Origin: Raillietiella orientalis
Lineage: Eukaryota
Length of the DNA stretch: 64,000 nucleotides
Direction: 5' to 3'
Assembly (NCBI GenBank): GCA_036172245.1
Contig: JAYWIR010000027.1
Coordinates: 1,116,001 to 1,180,000 of the forward strand
Shown here: one piece after another, positions 38,290 to 51,240 of the stretch
How the letters are laid out: each line of letters begins with the position of its first letter
Numbering within the stretch: the stretch's first letter is position 1
Position numbers and translations under genes: made by a program
Notes under the pieces: generated by a model
Databases searched by the model: none
Told to the model about the DNA's origin: nothing
What the model saw: the letters and a program-made list of their open reading frames with translations, nothing else

Positions 38290-41200
38290 GGAGATGCTAG
38301 CGACGGGTCGTCCTTAAACACGAACGCAGTTATTCCCAACGGCCGTAAACCTCCTCACAGGCTTGCTAAAAAACCACTGGCATTACTGATGACATTCAAG
38401 GACTTAATGGAAATTACTTTTGTTCCTCTTGCATCTTCTCTTGAGGAACACGTTCTTCGCATGATGAGCAGCAGGACAAGATGGAAACTGTATGCAGAAT
38501 TCTCTGCCGACTCTCGTTCGATCTTCCTATTGCATGAAAAAAGAGGGACAAGAGAAAAAAACAAACAAGCATCTCCCTTAATTTGATTTAGGTTGCTGCA
38601 GTTACACTGGCAGTCCTGATTCTTTGGTCTGAAAACCAATTAAGATGGGTGCGAAACTCCTTCTCCTTTTTCACAAAGGCTAATTTTGCAGAACGAATTC
38701 AAAGCGATGTACCTCTGTGGGAAAATTCTGGAGTGGGTGAGAGAAGAGCAGTGAATCCCTGACCTTCCGCGAATTTTCGTTCAACTTGAAATTTTCTGGA
38801 ATGCCCACACAGAGAATGAATTTCCTCCATAGAGCAAATGGTTTAGAATCGTTTTAAAGTTTGTTTGTTTTTTTTAAAAAAAAAAAAAAAAAAAAAATAG
38901 GAGAAAGAATTATAAGCGAAACCAAATTCTTAGATCGAGTCCCGACTTTGCTGGTGGTACTGGTAAGCATGGTGCCCTTTCCAGGATTGCAGCGCGGGCT
39001 AAACATATCGCAACATGTCGATGAGATGCTTTCTGATTTGAAAAAAAAAAAAAAAGAAACGAAAATTCGCCCCTGAACTCCGAAAAGCTGCTATCCTTAA
39101 GGACTTTATTTCCTTTCTTTTTGGAATGCTTGAAACTCCGCGATGAGCTCTGGAACCTTCTGGACACACGAAGACAAAGCAGTTATGTGTGCAGTCTTGC
39201 GCCAACATCTGGGTAGGGGGAAGGGGGGGGGGATTTGCAAGGGCCGGGAAGTGCGTGGTGTTTGGAGCGTGCGGTGTAATTGCATCAGGCCAAGAACTCG
39301 CAACGGCAGAGATGAGTGACAGCTGGAAGGAGAAGCTAGAGGAGCACGTTGGAAACAAACCGGTGTGTGACGAATGTCTGTGAGAATGGAGAAGCGGCGT
39401 TGCACTGACGTTGCGTAACGCTTCGATCATTCTCCTGGAACCTTTCGAGTACTCTTCCTCCCCCCCGCCTCTTCCTTGCATCCATGTCTTCTTGCACGCA
39501 GCTCGCTGTGCCGAGTGCTCTCTTTCTCCAGCCATCGGGACGAAAGCTGAATCCGAAAAATTCAAAAGCGCACCTCCCAGACCTTTCGGGCGATTTCGGT
39601 TCGCCCGCCTGCTTGCTTGTTTTCGGTGTGATCCTGCAGGATGTCACCATTTGCCTCGTCACACACTTTGTCACGTGCGGCAGGAGCGTGATCTCGTTTC
39701 GGCTAATGCCCCCACCGTTTCCAAGTTGTTCGCAGCACCGGAAAACTCCAGACGGCCATGGAGTAGCATATGGGACAGGGAGGGATTATTCGTTCGACCC
39801 TACTTGGAACCGATTTTTTTTTTCAAATTTGCACCTCGTGGTTCTGCAGGGAGTTCGCTCTCAGAGAACCACGCCTGGAAACGCTCCCGTGAGGTGAAGG
39901 AAGAGAGGAGTGGGGGGGAACCCATCATCTTAAAGGAGGCCTGGAAACCGAACGCCAGACAGTCAGTTTTCACACGACCGAAGAAACCGTCCTCTCTCCT
40001 TAGGATGAAGCTGCGTTTCCGGTGCAACGCAGCATCCTCTCTCTTCTGCTTGGCTGATTGGATGGATTTCTCATTCGACTGGCGGAACAGCGCACTGCCA
40101 CTCAACCTAACGTGACTCACCTTCAGCCCCGCAGATACGAACCTGCCCAGTGCTCCGTAGTCCACGTGCCTAAAATCCCTCGTCTGCAAACACCCTCCCA
40201 TTTGTAAAAGCACACGATTCGACGACAGCCTCTCGAAACCGAGAGCGCATCATGCTCCAGAAAATTCCCCTATTCGATTTCGTCTCTGGAATGAAGTTCG
40301 AGTGACTACGGATGTCTCATTTCCTATAACTTTGCTCCTTGTGGGAAGCTTTTACTTGGGCTCTTTTCTGTTTCTTTTTTTCTTTTTTGTTGTCCATATC
40401 GCATGAATTCTCGGCTCGTAAGCTCAGAAGGGCTTTTTCTTCATTTCTGTTTCCTCCTTCCTTCCTTCCTTCCTTCCTTCTTGGACTTCTTCCATCCTCC
40501 CTGAATTGTTTGAAATCTTAATTCTGCCTCTGCCATTATTTCTCACTAAAAGAAAATCGATGATTCGGGTCATTTCGTTTCCCCAGCCTTCTTTGGAATT
40601 GGTTCACTCTCTTAATCAGCGATTAAGCAGACAAAATGCAAAAACTGACGGAAGATATGCTCGCGCGGGTGCGTACCTCCATTTCAAGGGATTCCCTGAT
40701 GCGCCGCGCATTGCGACTCCCCTTTCTGGAACTTTCAGAGATCATAGTTTTTGGCTTTTCACATTACCCATTTCCTATCTCTCCCTTTCTTCCCGGCTTC
40801 GCGGACAACTTTCTCTTAGTGAATTATTGCCCCAGAAGACGGAAAATTGATTGCGCTCTTCAAAGTACTCTTCAAGTATTCTTCCCCTTCCAAACGACTG
40901 TTCAGAAAAACCCTTGAATAAATCCAAGGAATCTTCTGTGCGAATTATTTCCTTCATTTCCCCATTCCTCCTTCCCCCTGGGGGTCTATATCGAAAAGCC
41001 ACCTCCTTGATAAGCAATTTCTCCCTCTTGGTGATTCGGCTACCAAGAAAAATTGTGGGTAAACCCTGTTGCTGCTGCAGGGCTTCCTGTTTCAGAAGTG
41101 CATATCTGTTTTGATCTTTGCATTTGGAGAAGAAACGCCGAACGATCAAAAACCCAAAGCACTTCGGGGCCTTCAGCGTTCTTAGCTCTGTCTTAGCCCC

Positions 41201-41500
41201 TCCTTGCTCTGTTCTGAGAGAGTCACGAATTTCCTTTGTCCCCTCTTTCTTCCCAACTCTCATCCCTCCGGGCAATCCAGAGTCATCTTCTCGGATTTTC
41301 CTTGCTTGTCCTTTCGCACCGTTTCCCAGCTCCTTCCCTCCGCAGGTCATTTCATGGAACAGTTTCCAAACCATCCAGTACCCGCTTCCCGAGTTTTCCG
41401 TGAATTCCAGTAGTGAAAGCGTTCCGTTCTTCAGGAAAAGTGTTTTCATTTCCATCCTGCTCGATTCCCCTTCGCTGAAGAATCAGACGGGAAAATGTGA
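38290..41500 (-). mobile_element. Long decayed APE-type LINE (RTE/RTEX/CR1-like): ORF1 remnant, endonuclease and start of RT
   Basis: In order on the minus strand: WKLFHEMTCG (PHD-like), NRYALL..IFLGSRIT (ORF1 esterase-like), GRFVSAGLKV...FILRREDGFFGRV (APE GDFNARV-like), IDMLRY, FRPKNQ..LNQI, SIKSL and FKDD. Confidence 0.4.
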
Positions 41501-43422
41501 TTCCAAAGTGGACGCACAAATATATGAAATGCATATGTCTTTGTTTTGATCCTTTTTAAAAAAGATGAGAATCAATTTGAAGAACCTGGCTTCACGAGGA
41601 CATCATGAATAACTCGGCTCATAAACCAGATCGTGCGCCAATCCAAGCTCTTCGGAAAGAATGCGATGCTGGAGTGTCTTCAAGAAATTTTTTCCTTTAA
41701 GCATCGTCTGAAGACCATCCTCCACACCTTCCTGCGGAAGGAAGAGCACAAAAAAAAAGATGTGGAACTCTGGAAAAAAAATTTTTACGAAAAATGAGTG
41801 CAACTAGATGGCATTCAATAAAAGCAAGTGGATCTCTGTCAGAGAATGGCGAAACGTTTCAAGTTTTTCTCAGTCTCACTTACTCTTTGATGGTGAATCA
41901 CCGATTTCCGAAAGACCAGCAGGCCAGAGGTTATCATTATGGGCCGGTCAAAACATGCGCGCTAAGGGCTGTATGAGAAATTGTAGCTCCATCTAGATTA
42001 CCGCTAGAATTCTCCGATTCCCTCAGCCCCCTTCCCCGAATAATATCTTGGAACAGATGGGGCCAGAGGTGGCTCGTGTTAATCCTTGACTTTTCCATAC
42101 GTACTACGCCGGTCAACTATCAACCGAGTCGCAATTTAATGTGTTCAACAGCTACCGACTGCCACCTCATGCCATCTGATCCGGAAACTGATTCGGCCCG
42201 CTATTTGAATGTCTATACGTCAGCCCTACGGCCCTTTGAGGTTGTACACTGCTGTGCAAGTCACACATCCACTGGACGGTAGGGATACTCACCAGCGTGC
42301 CGAAGTCTCAACCAGCGACTCTAATCTCCATGTACAACTACTAAGAGTTTAATGTCTTCCATGAACATCCTGCTTTTTCCTTCTTTCTTTTTTGATCATT
42401 TACAGCAATCTGCGAAGTTGGTTTTAGGTTTCATAGATTCTCAAACAAGTTCACGAAAATCACTTTTCATCACACTACTACTTACAGCAACTGTACTTAT
42501 GGTACATGCTCATAGGAAATCGCCTATACCTGCACCACAAGTCTCGGTAACCTTTTCAGCTCCACCCAAACTTTTATCATGTCGCAGATCTCGCAACAGA
42601 TGCCAAAATCTATAAAATGTGCAAAATACTTCGTAGGCATAAATAAGCAACAAAGTATTTAGCTAGAAAAAAAAAAAAAAAAAAGGAAGGATGAATTTTT
42701 CATCGATGTATTTCTTCCACATTCATGAGCTGCTGCTTCCTATCTTGAAATGAGGTTTGTATTTCTGTATCAACATCTCTTCTTTGGCGGACCTTATTAG
42801 CAGCTTCAGTGAGGAATGATGGATGCTCGCCCGATATCTATGGAAACTCTCCGTTCCATAACTTCTCGTATTAATGCATTCGTAAAACTTGGCAATTTCC
42901 AGGATGCACAGTGTGCCTGACTCCTCAAGAGCAAGCAATCATCTCTTCTCACATTACACTCTTCTGCCCAAGTAATCGATGAATTCCCCATTTGTTAATG
43001 AGGAGAGCAAAGTGGCAGCATTTTTACAAACCTTCACACGAAATTCCCCAAAATCCGACATCCAAATAAGCAAAATGGCTGAATAAGAATTTATGCAGCC
43101 ACTAATCCCACGTGGAAACGGATGCTAATGGCTACTTTTATTGACTTCAACTTCGACCAAGGCGCGACACCAAGTGCTTCATCTCTCTAGAGGAGTTTTC
43201 GCCACAGAATCCACGCTCAATCATGTCCAGGATCCGAGACAAGAGTTTACCAAAAAAAAAAAAAAAACATCCCATATACACATGCGTGTTGTGCACGTGT
43301 GCAGAACCTCTGTTTCTCCTGCTTTCCAAATTTAGACTTTTGCTCTTCATATCGCATGAATCCTCAGCTCGTAAGCTCAGAAGGGCTTTTTCTTCATTTC
43401 TGTTTCCTCCTTCCTTCCTTCT
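40375..43422. repeat. ~75-bp dispersed direct repeat (about 40395-40465 and 43348-43420)
   Basis: catatcgcatgaat.ctc.gctcgtaagctcagaagggctttttcttcatttctgtttcctccttccttc occurs twice. Confidence 0.8.
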
Positions 43423-43544
43423 TCAGCGGACTCTGCGCCGGGACATTTATTTTAAAAACAAACAAACGTAGGTGCGTAGGACCGTCGGCCCTACAACGCC
43501 CGAAAGAGTCCGCAACTTGCGGAGTCACCGGCACGCATGCATGG

Positions 43545-44300
43545 AGAATGCATGAAGTGTGTGATCCCAAGGTCAAACAATATGTACAGAAAAACAACCT
43601 GCCTCTGGGGGCGTTGCTAGTTATGGACAGTGCTCCTGCTGACCCTCCTGGCTTGGAGGAAGACTTACTGGGAGGAGCTCAGTTTTCTAACCGTCAAGTT
43701 CTTGCCCCCTAACACAACACCTCTGATCCAGCTGATGGACCAGCAAGTCGTTTCTTACTTCCAAAAATTGTATGCGAAGGTCCTTTTCCAGAGGTGTTTG
43801 GAGGTCACTTCGGATACACAGTTGACACCGAGAGAGTTCTGGAAGGACCATTTTAACATCCTTCATTGTGTTACTCTCATAGCTAAGGCCTGGAGTGAAG
43901 TCTCTTACAAGGCCATGAACTCTGCCGGGAAAGAATTGTGGCCGGAAGCTGACTTAACTCCAAACAATCTTGAGGACGAAGATCCTGCCGCCCCAATAGT
44001 GGAAGGTATTGTATCTCTGGGAAAATCCATGGGCTTGGAGGTCAGTATTGAAGATGTCGAAGGATTAGTGGAGAAACATAGAGCTCAGCGCAGCGGAGTT
44101 GCAGGAACTCCACAAGGAGCAGCTGGAAATGGTGGCTTAGGAAATTTCTTCAGGCGAAGATGAAGGGAGGGAGGAAGTCCCTACTGCGCTGATAAAAAGA
44201 AACGCGTGTTAAATGGGTCGAAGTGCAAAATTTTGTGGAAACGTACCATCCAGACAAAGCTTTGGCAAGCCGAGATGGTGGACTTGTTCAATGATCTTCA
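43545..44300 (+). mobile_element. Tigger/pogo (TIGD1-like) DDE transposase remnant, frameshifted and 5'-truncated
   Basis: VKQYVQKNNLPLGALLVMDSAPADPPGLE, then FLPPNTTPLIQLMDQQVVSYFQKLY..TPREFWKDHFNI..IAKAWSEVS..LWP, then KWVEVQNFVETYHPDKA. Confidence 0.85.
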
Positions 44301-45123
44301 TAAGTCGGTCCCTTAGCCGTTGCTCGTCATCATGCCTCTGTGCATACGTCTTTTTTTTTTTTTTTTTTTGCTTCGTTTCCCTCCGAACCACCCGGTGACT
44401 GCCTCCTCAGATGCTCAGCAGCCCGGCATTCGAAGCCCGAGTACCAGCATCCCCGAATTGTACACTAGTGGTCTTTCGGACTTCAGCACTCGACCAGCTT
44501 CAGCCAAATTCCCGTTTTGCACGTACACGGAGGAAACGGAGAGGTTTGAGATTTAAAAAGCCGTTTCAATGAACAGCTCCTCCTCCCCCCCCCGTGTGTA
44601 CAGAGATTCCCTTCCGGTGTACAGCGTGCACAGCGCCGGAGACTCTCGACGCGGACTTGGGAAACACAAATAACGGGAAGTTCCGCTTTCACAGTATTAC
44701 TCACGCGCACCCATCCAAAGTGACAGTTGGCCCAAAAGGGAAAAAAGGACCTTTGCACTTCAAATCGAAGCACGTCGTAAGCCTTTTGGCCGACCGCAGC
44801 AGAAACGAAATCGAAAACGTCGTCGCGGGTGCGTTTTTTTTTTAGTGCCTTTTACGCACCATTCGCGCGCAAGTATTTCATTACGAGTATTATGGTCGGG
44901 GGGGGGGGAGAAAAAAGAGAAAAAAAAAAAAGAAAAAAAAAGGCAGAAAGCAAGAAATGCAGGATGGAACCCGCGAATCGTTTTCCTGGATCAGAAAACT
45001 GCTTGGCATCTTTTTTTCACGTGTGTGTGCTGATGTGTAGTGTGCCCGATCCCTAATAGAACGGACGCGAGGGCTCTTCTGTATTTGCATTACGGTCCTT
45101 GTACAAAGAAGGCAAACTTTTAT

Positions 45124-45163
45124 TATAAAAGCGTACAGAATCGTCCCTTTGCTGAAATCAGTC
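45124..45163 (+). promoter_or_regulatory. Candidate ACP1 core promoter (TATA box plus TCAGT initiator)
   Basis: TATAAAA at 45124-45130 and TCAGTC (arthropod-type Inr) at 45158-45163, just upstream of the ATG at 45176. The spacing is slightly longer than canonical. Confidence 0.35.
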
Positions 45164-45175
45164 GGTCGAGCCGAA

Positions 45176-46005
45176 ATGAGTGCCAAAAAAAAATCCGTAC
45201 TGTTTGTTTGCCTCGGTAAGCGTTTTCCCTTTGTTTTTCTTTTGCATTTTTCCAATTAGTAACGGATTTTCGTTGATACTGTTAGATGCTTCATAAGCAC
45301 AGAGCATAATTTTAGCAACGCCCATGAATTACCGTATTCTGTTTATGTAATGCTAGCAGCTGTTCGATTACAAATAACGAAATGCTAGTGATGAATCTTC
45401 GGTAGCAATCTTGCTTTGTTAGTAGTATTTTTCGAAGTAAAAACAAGCCAATTTATTGATCAAAAAAAAAAAAAAAATTATAGGGAACATATGTAGGTCC
45501 CCAATAGCAGAAGCAGTATTCCGAGCGTTAATTAAAGAAAAGGGAGTGGAAAACATTTGGGAAGTGGACAGTGCCGCCATAGGCCCATGGCATGTTGGAA
45601 GCAAACCTGATCGGCGTGCTCTTGAAGTAATGAGACATTACAATATTGAAATTGACCATTCAGTACGCCAGGTGAGTGAATCACACATAATACGACAAGA
45701 ATGCAAATCTGGTTGCAGGTCAATGAAAGTGATTTTAACAAATTTGGCACCATTTTTGGAATGGATGAGAATAATATACAGGATTTGAAGCAAATGGCAC
45801 CTTTAGATCACACAGCAAAGATTGAATTACTTGGTTCTTATGACCCCCAGGAAGAGAGAATTATTCGTGATCCTTATTATGCAAGTATTAATGTTTCAAA
45901 TACATTAACTTTTGGTTGCAGGATAAAGATAGCAAAGGATTCTACAAGTGCTATGAACAGTGTGTTAGATGCTGCAAAGCATTCTTGAAACAGAATACAG
46001 AATAA
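45176..46005 (+). CDS. ACP1: Low molecular weight phosphotyrosine protein phosphatase, 157 aa. Exons 45176-45215, 45484-45671, 45719-45880, 45922-46005
   Basis: Spliced product MSAKKKSVLFVCLG|NICRSPIAEAVF...DSAAIGPWHVG...IFGMDENN...DPYY|DKDSKGFYKCYEQCVRCCKAFL. The CX5RS P-loop and DPYY loop are intact. 474 nt in frame; the last intron is GC-AG. Confidence 0.95.
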
Positions 46006-46046
46006 ACACCAGTTCTGCAACAGCACTTACAAGCAGAATATAGTTC

Positions 46047-47441
46047 TCAACTGTTTCCCTGCAAATGCCGGTATTTTCGCTGCAAATAAACATCCACATT
46101 ATTGTAGGCAGCTTTGTAGTAATCCTTGCATTGACTTTGCTCCCTGTTGACCTTAAGCTTTTCCCATATAAATGACATTCCTTGATCCTTCAATTTCCAT
46201 TCTTCTAACTGTCGAGTAAAACGCTGTATGGGAGCAAAGGGACAATCAGTCAACACCCATAAATCACTAGCTTGCAACTGTATATCCCAGACTAGTCCCC
46301 CTGTGACCAGAATTTGTGCCACAAAAAGGCTCCAAGGCGTAGGATGCAATTTATATAACAGAATTTGTGCCAATCTGCAAACATCTAAATCGGTTATTGA
46401 TTGTGCCAAGTGACTACCTGTCTCTGGTTACAGCCACTGTATACTGGTCATTATTCCAACAGCACTGCAGGCAGGTTATAGGTGGCACTTCAGATCCTTC
46501 ACTTGCTGTTTCAGTTCTGTTTTCCACAGTCTCTGTAGTCAGAGGGCAGCATTGCTCTACCAAGATTTGCTGTCCATCTAAAGTCCACAGACGCAAGCTG
46601 CCATCCTATACCCCAGACATGCACATCCTTTGAAATGGAAATAACTAACCCCTGAACCAGAAAGCAAATGATGTGAATGATTTGACAATACTGCTAGACA
46701 AGATACAAATTGGGAATGTCCTAGACAGTAGCTATGAATGTTGTATGTATTGGGATAGCAAGAAATACGAATTTTTTCATCCCTGTCACAAGTGATGAGA
46801 AACTGGCCATCTACACTCATAACCTGCAAATTTCATGCATGGGAAAATCTTCTAAGAACTCACCATATCCAGCAGTATTGAAACATGACCCAGTAGCAAT
46901 TTACTTTCGTTTTCATGGCTTGCAACATGGTATTCATACACATCCCCACATTTATCTGACGAAAGATATCCAACAATTACTAGATCACTTTCACATACCA
47001 GCTACCAGTATCATCTGACTATCTGGAGAAAACAGGACACACTTAGCTTTTCTGTTTAAAATGATAGTTTTTACAAGCTCCCATGTACTTATTCTCCATA
47101 TTGAGAGTTGTTTTCGGTCATCAAGTAAGGCCAATAAAGTTCCACAGGATGAAACTGTACCACCACAGATACCATATCTATCTGCAGTTTCAGTTCTTAA
47201 ATGATTAATTAAAGTAGACCATAAACAGTATTCACATTACCTAGTCTTCACAACTGCAGGTGCGGGTTTTGGTAATGGGATTGTTTTGAACTCTGCACCT
47301 TTCTCACCATCAGGGTGACTAGAAAAAACACTACATGCCAAATGTACCATTTACTTACTCAAATGTTTGTGAAAGGGTAAAGAACTCGAAAGATCCGTTA
47401 TAAATAATTATATCCCTCGGGCTTATCAATAGTCCTGCCAT
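46047..47441 (-). CDS. WDR4: tRNA (guanine-N7)-methyltransferase non-catalytic subunit WDR4/Trm82/wuho, 379 aa. Exons 47441-47359, 47318-47241, 47195-46999, 46955-46864, 46823-46650, 46605-46418, 46374-46047
   Basis: Spliced motifs [64 protein letters not shown] and C-terminal [16 protein letters not shown]. Six GT-AG introns of 40-45 nt; 1140 nt in frame. Confidence 0.92.
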
Positions 47442-48449
47442 GAAGTTTTACATTTCTCTATATTCTTATGCACATATCTTAATCTGTAGTACACAAAACA
47501 TCTTCAAATTCATTGTACATCACAAAACCTTGAAAGCCCCAGAATTATAGTAATAAAGCATAATAAAATTGCCTACAATAATCCAGAAGAATTTTTGGCA
47601 CATGTGGTTATAAAACATCAACAAAATTTCAAATCCCTTGAAGAAAAATAAAAATGTGATATCTGGGGTACCACTATAATCAGCAGAAAAACACATATCT
47701 AAAACACGTCCGAAAAAAATTTTTTTGACCCGGAAACTTTGAACCTTGATTCTCAAAAATTCTACGGGCACCCTACATTACGATAGAATTCATAATCTGA
47801 TGTGAAGTTTTTTTTTCGTTTCTTGTATCTGGATGCTTAGTTTTTCTAACAACATTAACAAAGAGAAAAAAACGTCCTTGGGGATTTAAATTTGCGCACT
47901 TTGTTTACGGTCTGGAAAAAAATATACCCTCGACATTTATGGAATGTAATACATATAAGCTTTCCATGCATCCCCAACACACAGCTTCATTTCATTTCAG
48001 AGTTTCTTCCTTGCAAATCCCTAATTTTTACCGGAGACGGGATATTACACCCAAAGTGCTCACTTTGAAAAAAAACAAGCAGTTTCAAGCATCACCTTTG
48101 TGTTCAGTGAAGATGAGGTTGCATGTGACCTATTCTCAAGCTCTCCCCATCTAATAAAAAGTAGTATTTGATAGAGTAGTAGTTGGGGGGAGCGGGTGGA
48201 GGCGCTCCGAACTTACAGATTACCTGAGACCAGAAAAGGAAAATAATGCCATTTCGAAGAGCACTTAGTGCTGAAAAGTGCAGTATACGAACTGAACAAA
48301 AGCATCATTTTTATTGTACATAAAACCCACTGCATCCGCTTTCACTCAGTTGTAACATTCGGTCTCATTGCTTCTTTCCCATAGTCACAGTTATACTTGA
48401 AAAATGAAAACAGAAAAGAAATCCTAGACCGCTTGTAAAACCAGTCCAT

Positions 48450-48700
48450 GTTGAGTTACTTCCACAGGTGTCCTGCCTGATAGCTACAACAGCCTTTACG
48501 ATAAGACGATTTTCTGACTGGAGCAAACTTCCTCCATCCGGCCGGAGAACATCTGTCTCTTCTTTGATGTTTGCATGGTGAGTGATGTTCTCCTCTATCT
48601 CGCTCATGTTTGCATGGCCTCTTCTCTACCTTGTAGAAACGTCTCGAAGAAAATTTCAGAGTTTAGAATTATATTCGGGAAATACTACTCTTGTTGTTCC
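48450..48700 (-). mobile_element. Possible RTE-like LINE 3' remnant
   Basis: VLRPDGGSLLQSENRLIVKAV resembles LRWFGHVxRMxENRLxKxV. Confidence 0.25.
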
Positions 48701-51240
48701 GTTGTTATGTTGTTCTTGAGTACTGGTCGTCCTAATAGTAGCTTTCCACTCATTCCTAATAAAAATGTTCGAGCATGTTGTTTTTTGCTAGTATATCTTA
48801 GCTACTTTGTTTTTAGACAAAATCAACTGCTTGAATTTATTTATTTATTTAGTTTTGATGTATACCATTTGCTATATACTAAGCATAGAAGATTTGGTCG
48901 CTTTGGTCGATTCCAATTTGATAAGTGTATTTCCACATACCTAATTCACATTTCCTTGTCTTCACGTCATTTTCAAAGTAAATTATAGTGATATGTAAAT
49001 CTAATGCAAATAAAAATATTTGATTTATGCATTAGTAAGATTTACCATAATCTTGCCAGTGCGTTCATCGAGTTTTTTCTTTCCTGTGATAAATCTTTAA
49101 GGAAACTATTTTTAAGTAAACAAACACTTCAAAAGCGAATAATTTTTTTCCTTCTTAATAATACAAAAAAAAGAGGCTTCTCTGGGGCTTAATTACTTTC
49201 ACATAATGCACAGTTTTTTAATTATAAGAAAGTATACAAGTACGTGGTGAAACTCACAGACAATTATATTACCGGTGATCGAACACAAATCTCGATAATA
49301 AAGTGAATTGCTGTTCTCCAGAAAAAAAAAAAAAAACCTAATGAATGCATTCATAAGATCTTTTGAATGCATTTATCAAGTTTTTTTTTATTTCTTATTG
49401 GTCTGGGCGCATGTATGTTCTGCTTATCTATCTGAACATTTACTTTTCTGATGAAGAATTCTTACAAAACCAAACAATGTGACTAATTTCCGACAACTAT
49501 AGCCAAATTTCAGATAAGTTGCACTGTTAGAAAGACCTTTTGGATCGCTTTCCTTATCTCATGTAAATGCAGTGTTAAACGATAAAACTGGGAAAGGATT
49601 ACACAGTTTCGTGCCTTATAAAATGTGAAAGAAAATGAAAAAAATCAGTTCATACTACCCTAAACACAAAAGAGAAATGATTTTCTTTTAGTTTCTCTAT
49701 CATCAACCAGTTTTCAACCTTTTCATCCTCATTTATTTCCGGTGCTTACATTTATTTGTAAGTTAAGACACTTTTGCATCTATTATGAACCCTAAAGAAA
49801 TCTAATCGATAGATTTGCCTGTTAGATATTTTAATATTCAAAAAGTTTGGTCATGCAGAATTTTTGCGATCAATTATTTATTGTGGTAATTACAAAATAG
49901 AGGAATGATGCAATTTCATTTCGGTTTTGCGTCTCAGATCCAACCAACAAGCATTTTTTTTCAACCAGCCGTTGCTAAACCACATGATGTACAGAATTTC
50001 TGCTCACTAACTCCTATTCAAGTTGTCACCAAAGTTACACAGCAGAATACTATATTTTCATATTATTTGATGGTGGTTTCAGTACAGTTTCCCTTCGGTT
50101 AGAAGGTTAATGATACGTGACTGTAATTCTGCTGTTTCAAAATGATAACCGAGCTTGAAATGCTGCATCGTTCATAATTATATGAGTGTATATTTTTGTG
50201 TGGGGAAGACAATCGACAATACCTAACATTCATAACATATAGACAAAGTTACACTAACTATTTGAAGGTATTCGATGACAAGCAAATATTCACAAATGCA
50301 GTGGCTCTTTCCAAAAATCAGCTCGATTTGACGAAATAATCAGTGTTATCAGTCTTGGGTTAAGTACTGATTTAAAAAAAAATTGTTGTTTGGTGTGAAA
50401 CTAAAGACCTAATCACAAATGGTGCGAGTTAAATGATGCCTAGTTCTTTATAAATGGATTTTTCTGATTAGTTCTCTATCTTTATATCATTGCTTTGGAT
50501 TTGGACTTGGGCCCTCTCCATTTACGCGTTTTCATAGAAATAGGTTATTTATGAAATTGTTCAAACTCACATTTTGAAATAGTTTCCAGAAGCATGATGA
50601 TGATTTTGATGAATATCAACCAAAATACTTAAATATTCTTAATGGGATTCACGGAGATTATTTCTACATGTCTACATACAGGCAGAAATAGTATTATGAG
50701 AAACTCAGAAACTGAATTTAAACATTTTTACATCTAGTTTTTTCTTTCAATTTCGCAGTTCCTCTTTGTGTAGTCATTAAAAGCTCCGAGGTTTTGCTAC
50801 TTCCATAAGTGATACCTGTCCCTCTGTTCCTTTCAGGAAAGAGATATTTCCACGGGAGGCAAAGAGTAATTCTGTAAGGCTTGTGTCATGAATTACAAAT
50901 CCCCTCAATTTGAAGGACCGTGAAGTATGGAATCTTAGGTTTTACGGTTCTCCAGCCACGTTTTTTGTAATTGTCTCCGCAAATGTTTATCCAATGGGAT
51001 CTGATAAGAAGAGAAGGAAAAGAAAACTCGTATTTAAGCACATGTAAAAGTACGATGATACGTCTGATGTAGGAAGATGGGGATTTGGTCTGTACTATAG
51101 TGGCACCCACATATATATATCCTGATTTTGGGGGCAGTTTATATCTAGCCTGCAGTCATCATCAAAGTTGTTTCCAAACAGGCATTTGGTCTGTTTCTTT
51201 CAATGCAATAAAGTTATCACAGTTGAAGTAGGTGTGAAAA

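Noticed and set aside
38300..40200. Possible spliced minus-strand gene with ~41-42-nt GT-AG introns (e.g. 40079-40120)
   Set aside because: No consistent spliced ORF could be built, and the unspliced frames match LINE endonuclease and RT motifs better.
42080..43250. Helitron-like (LPPH) and hAT-like remnants
   Set aside because: Only 3-5-residue matches in heavily broken frames; not enough to call.
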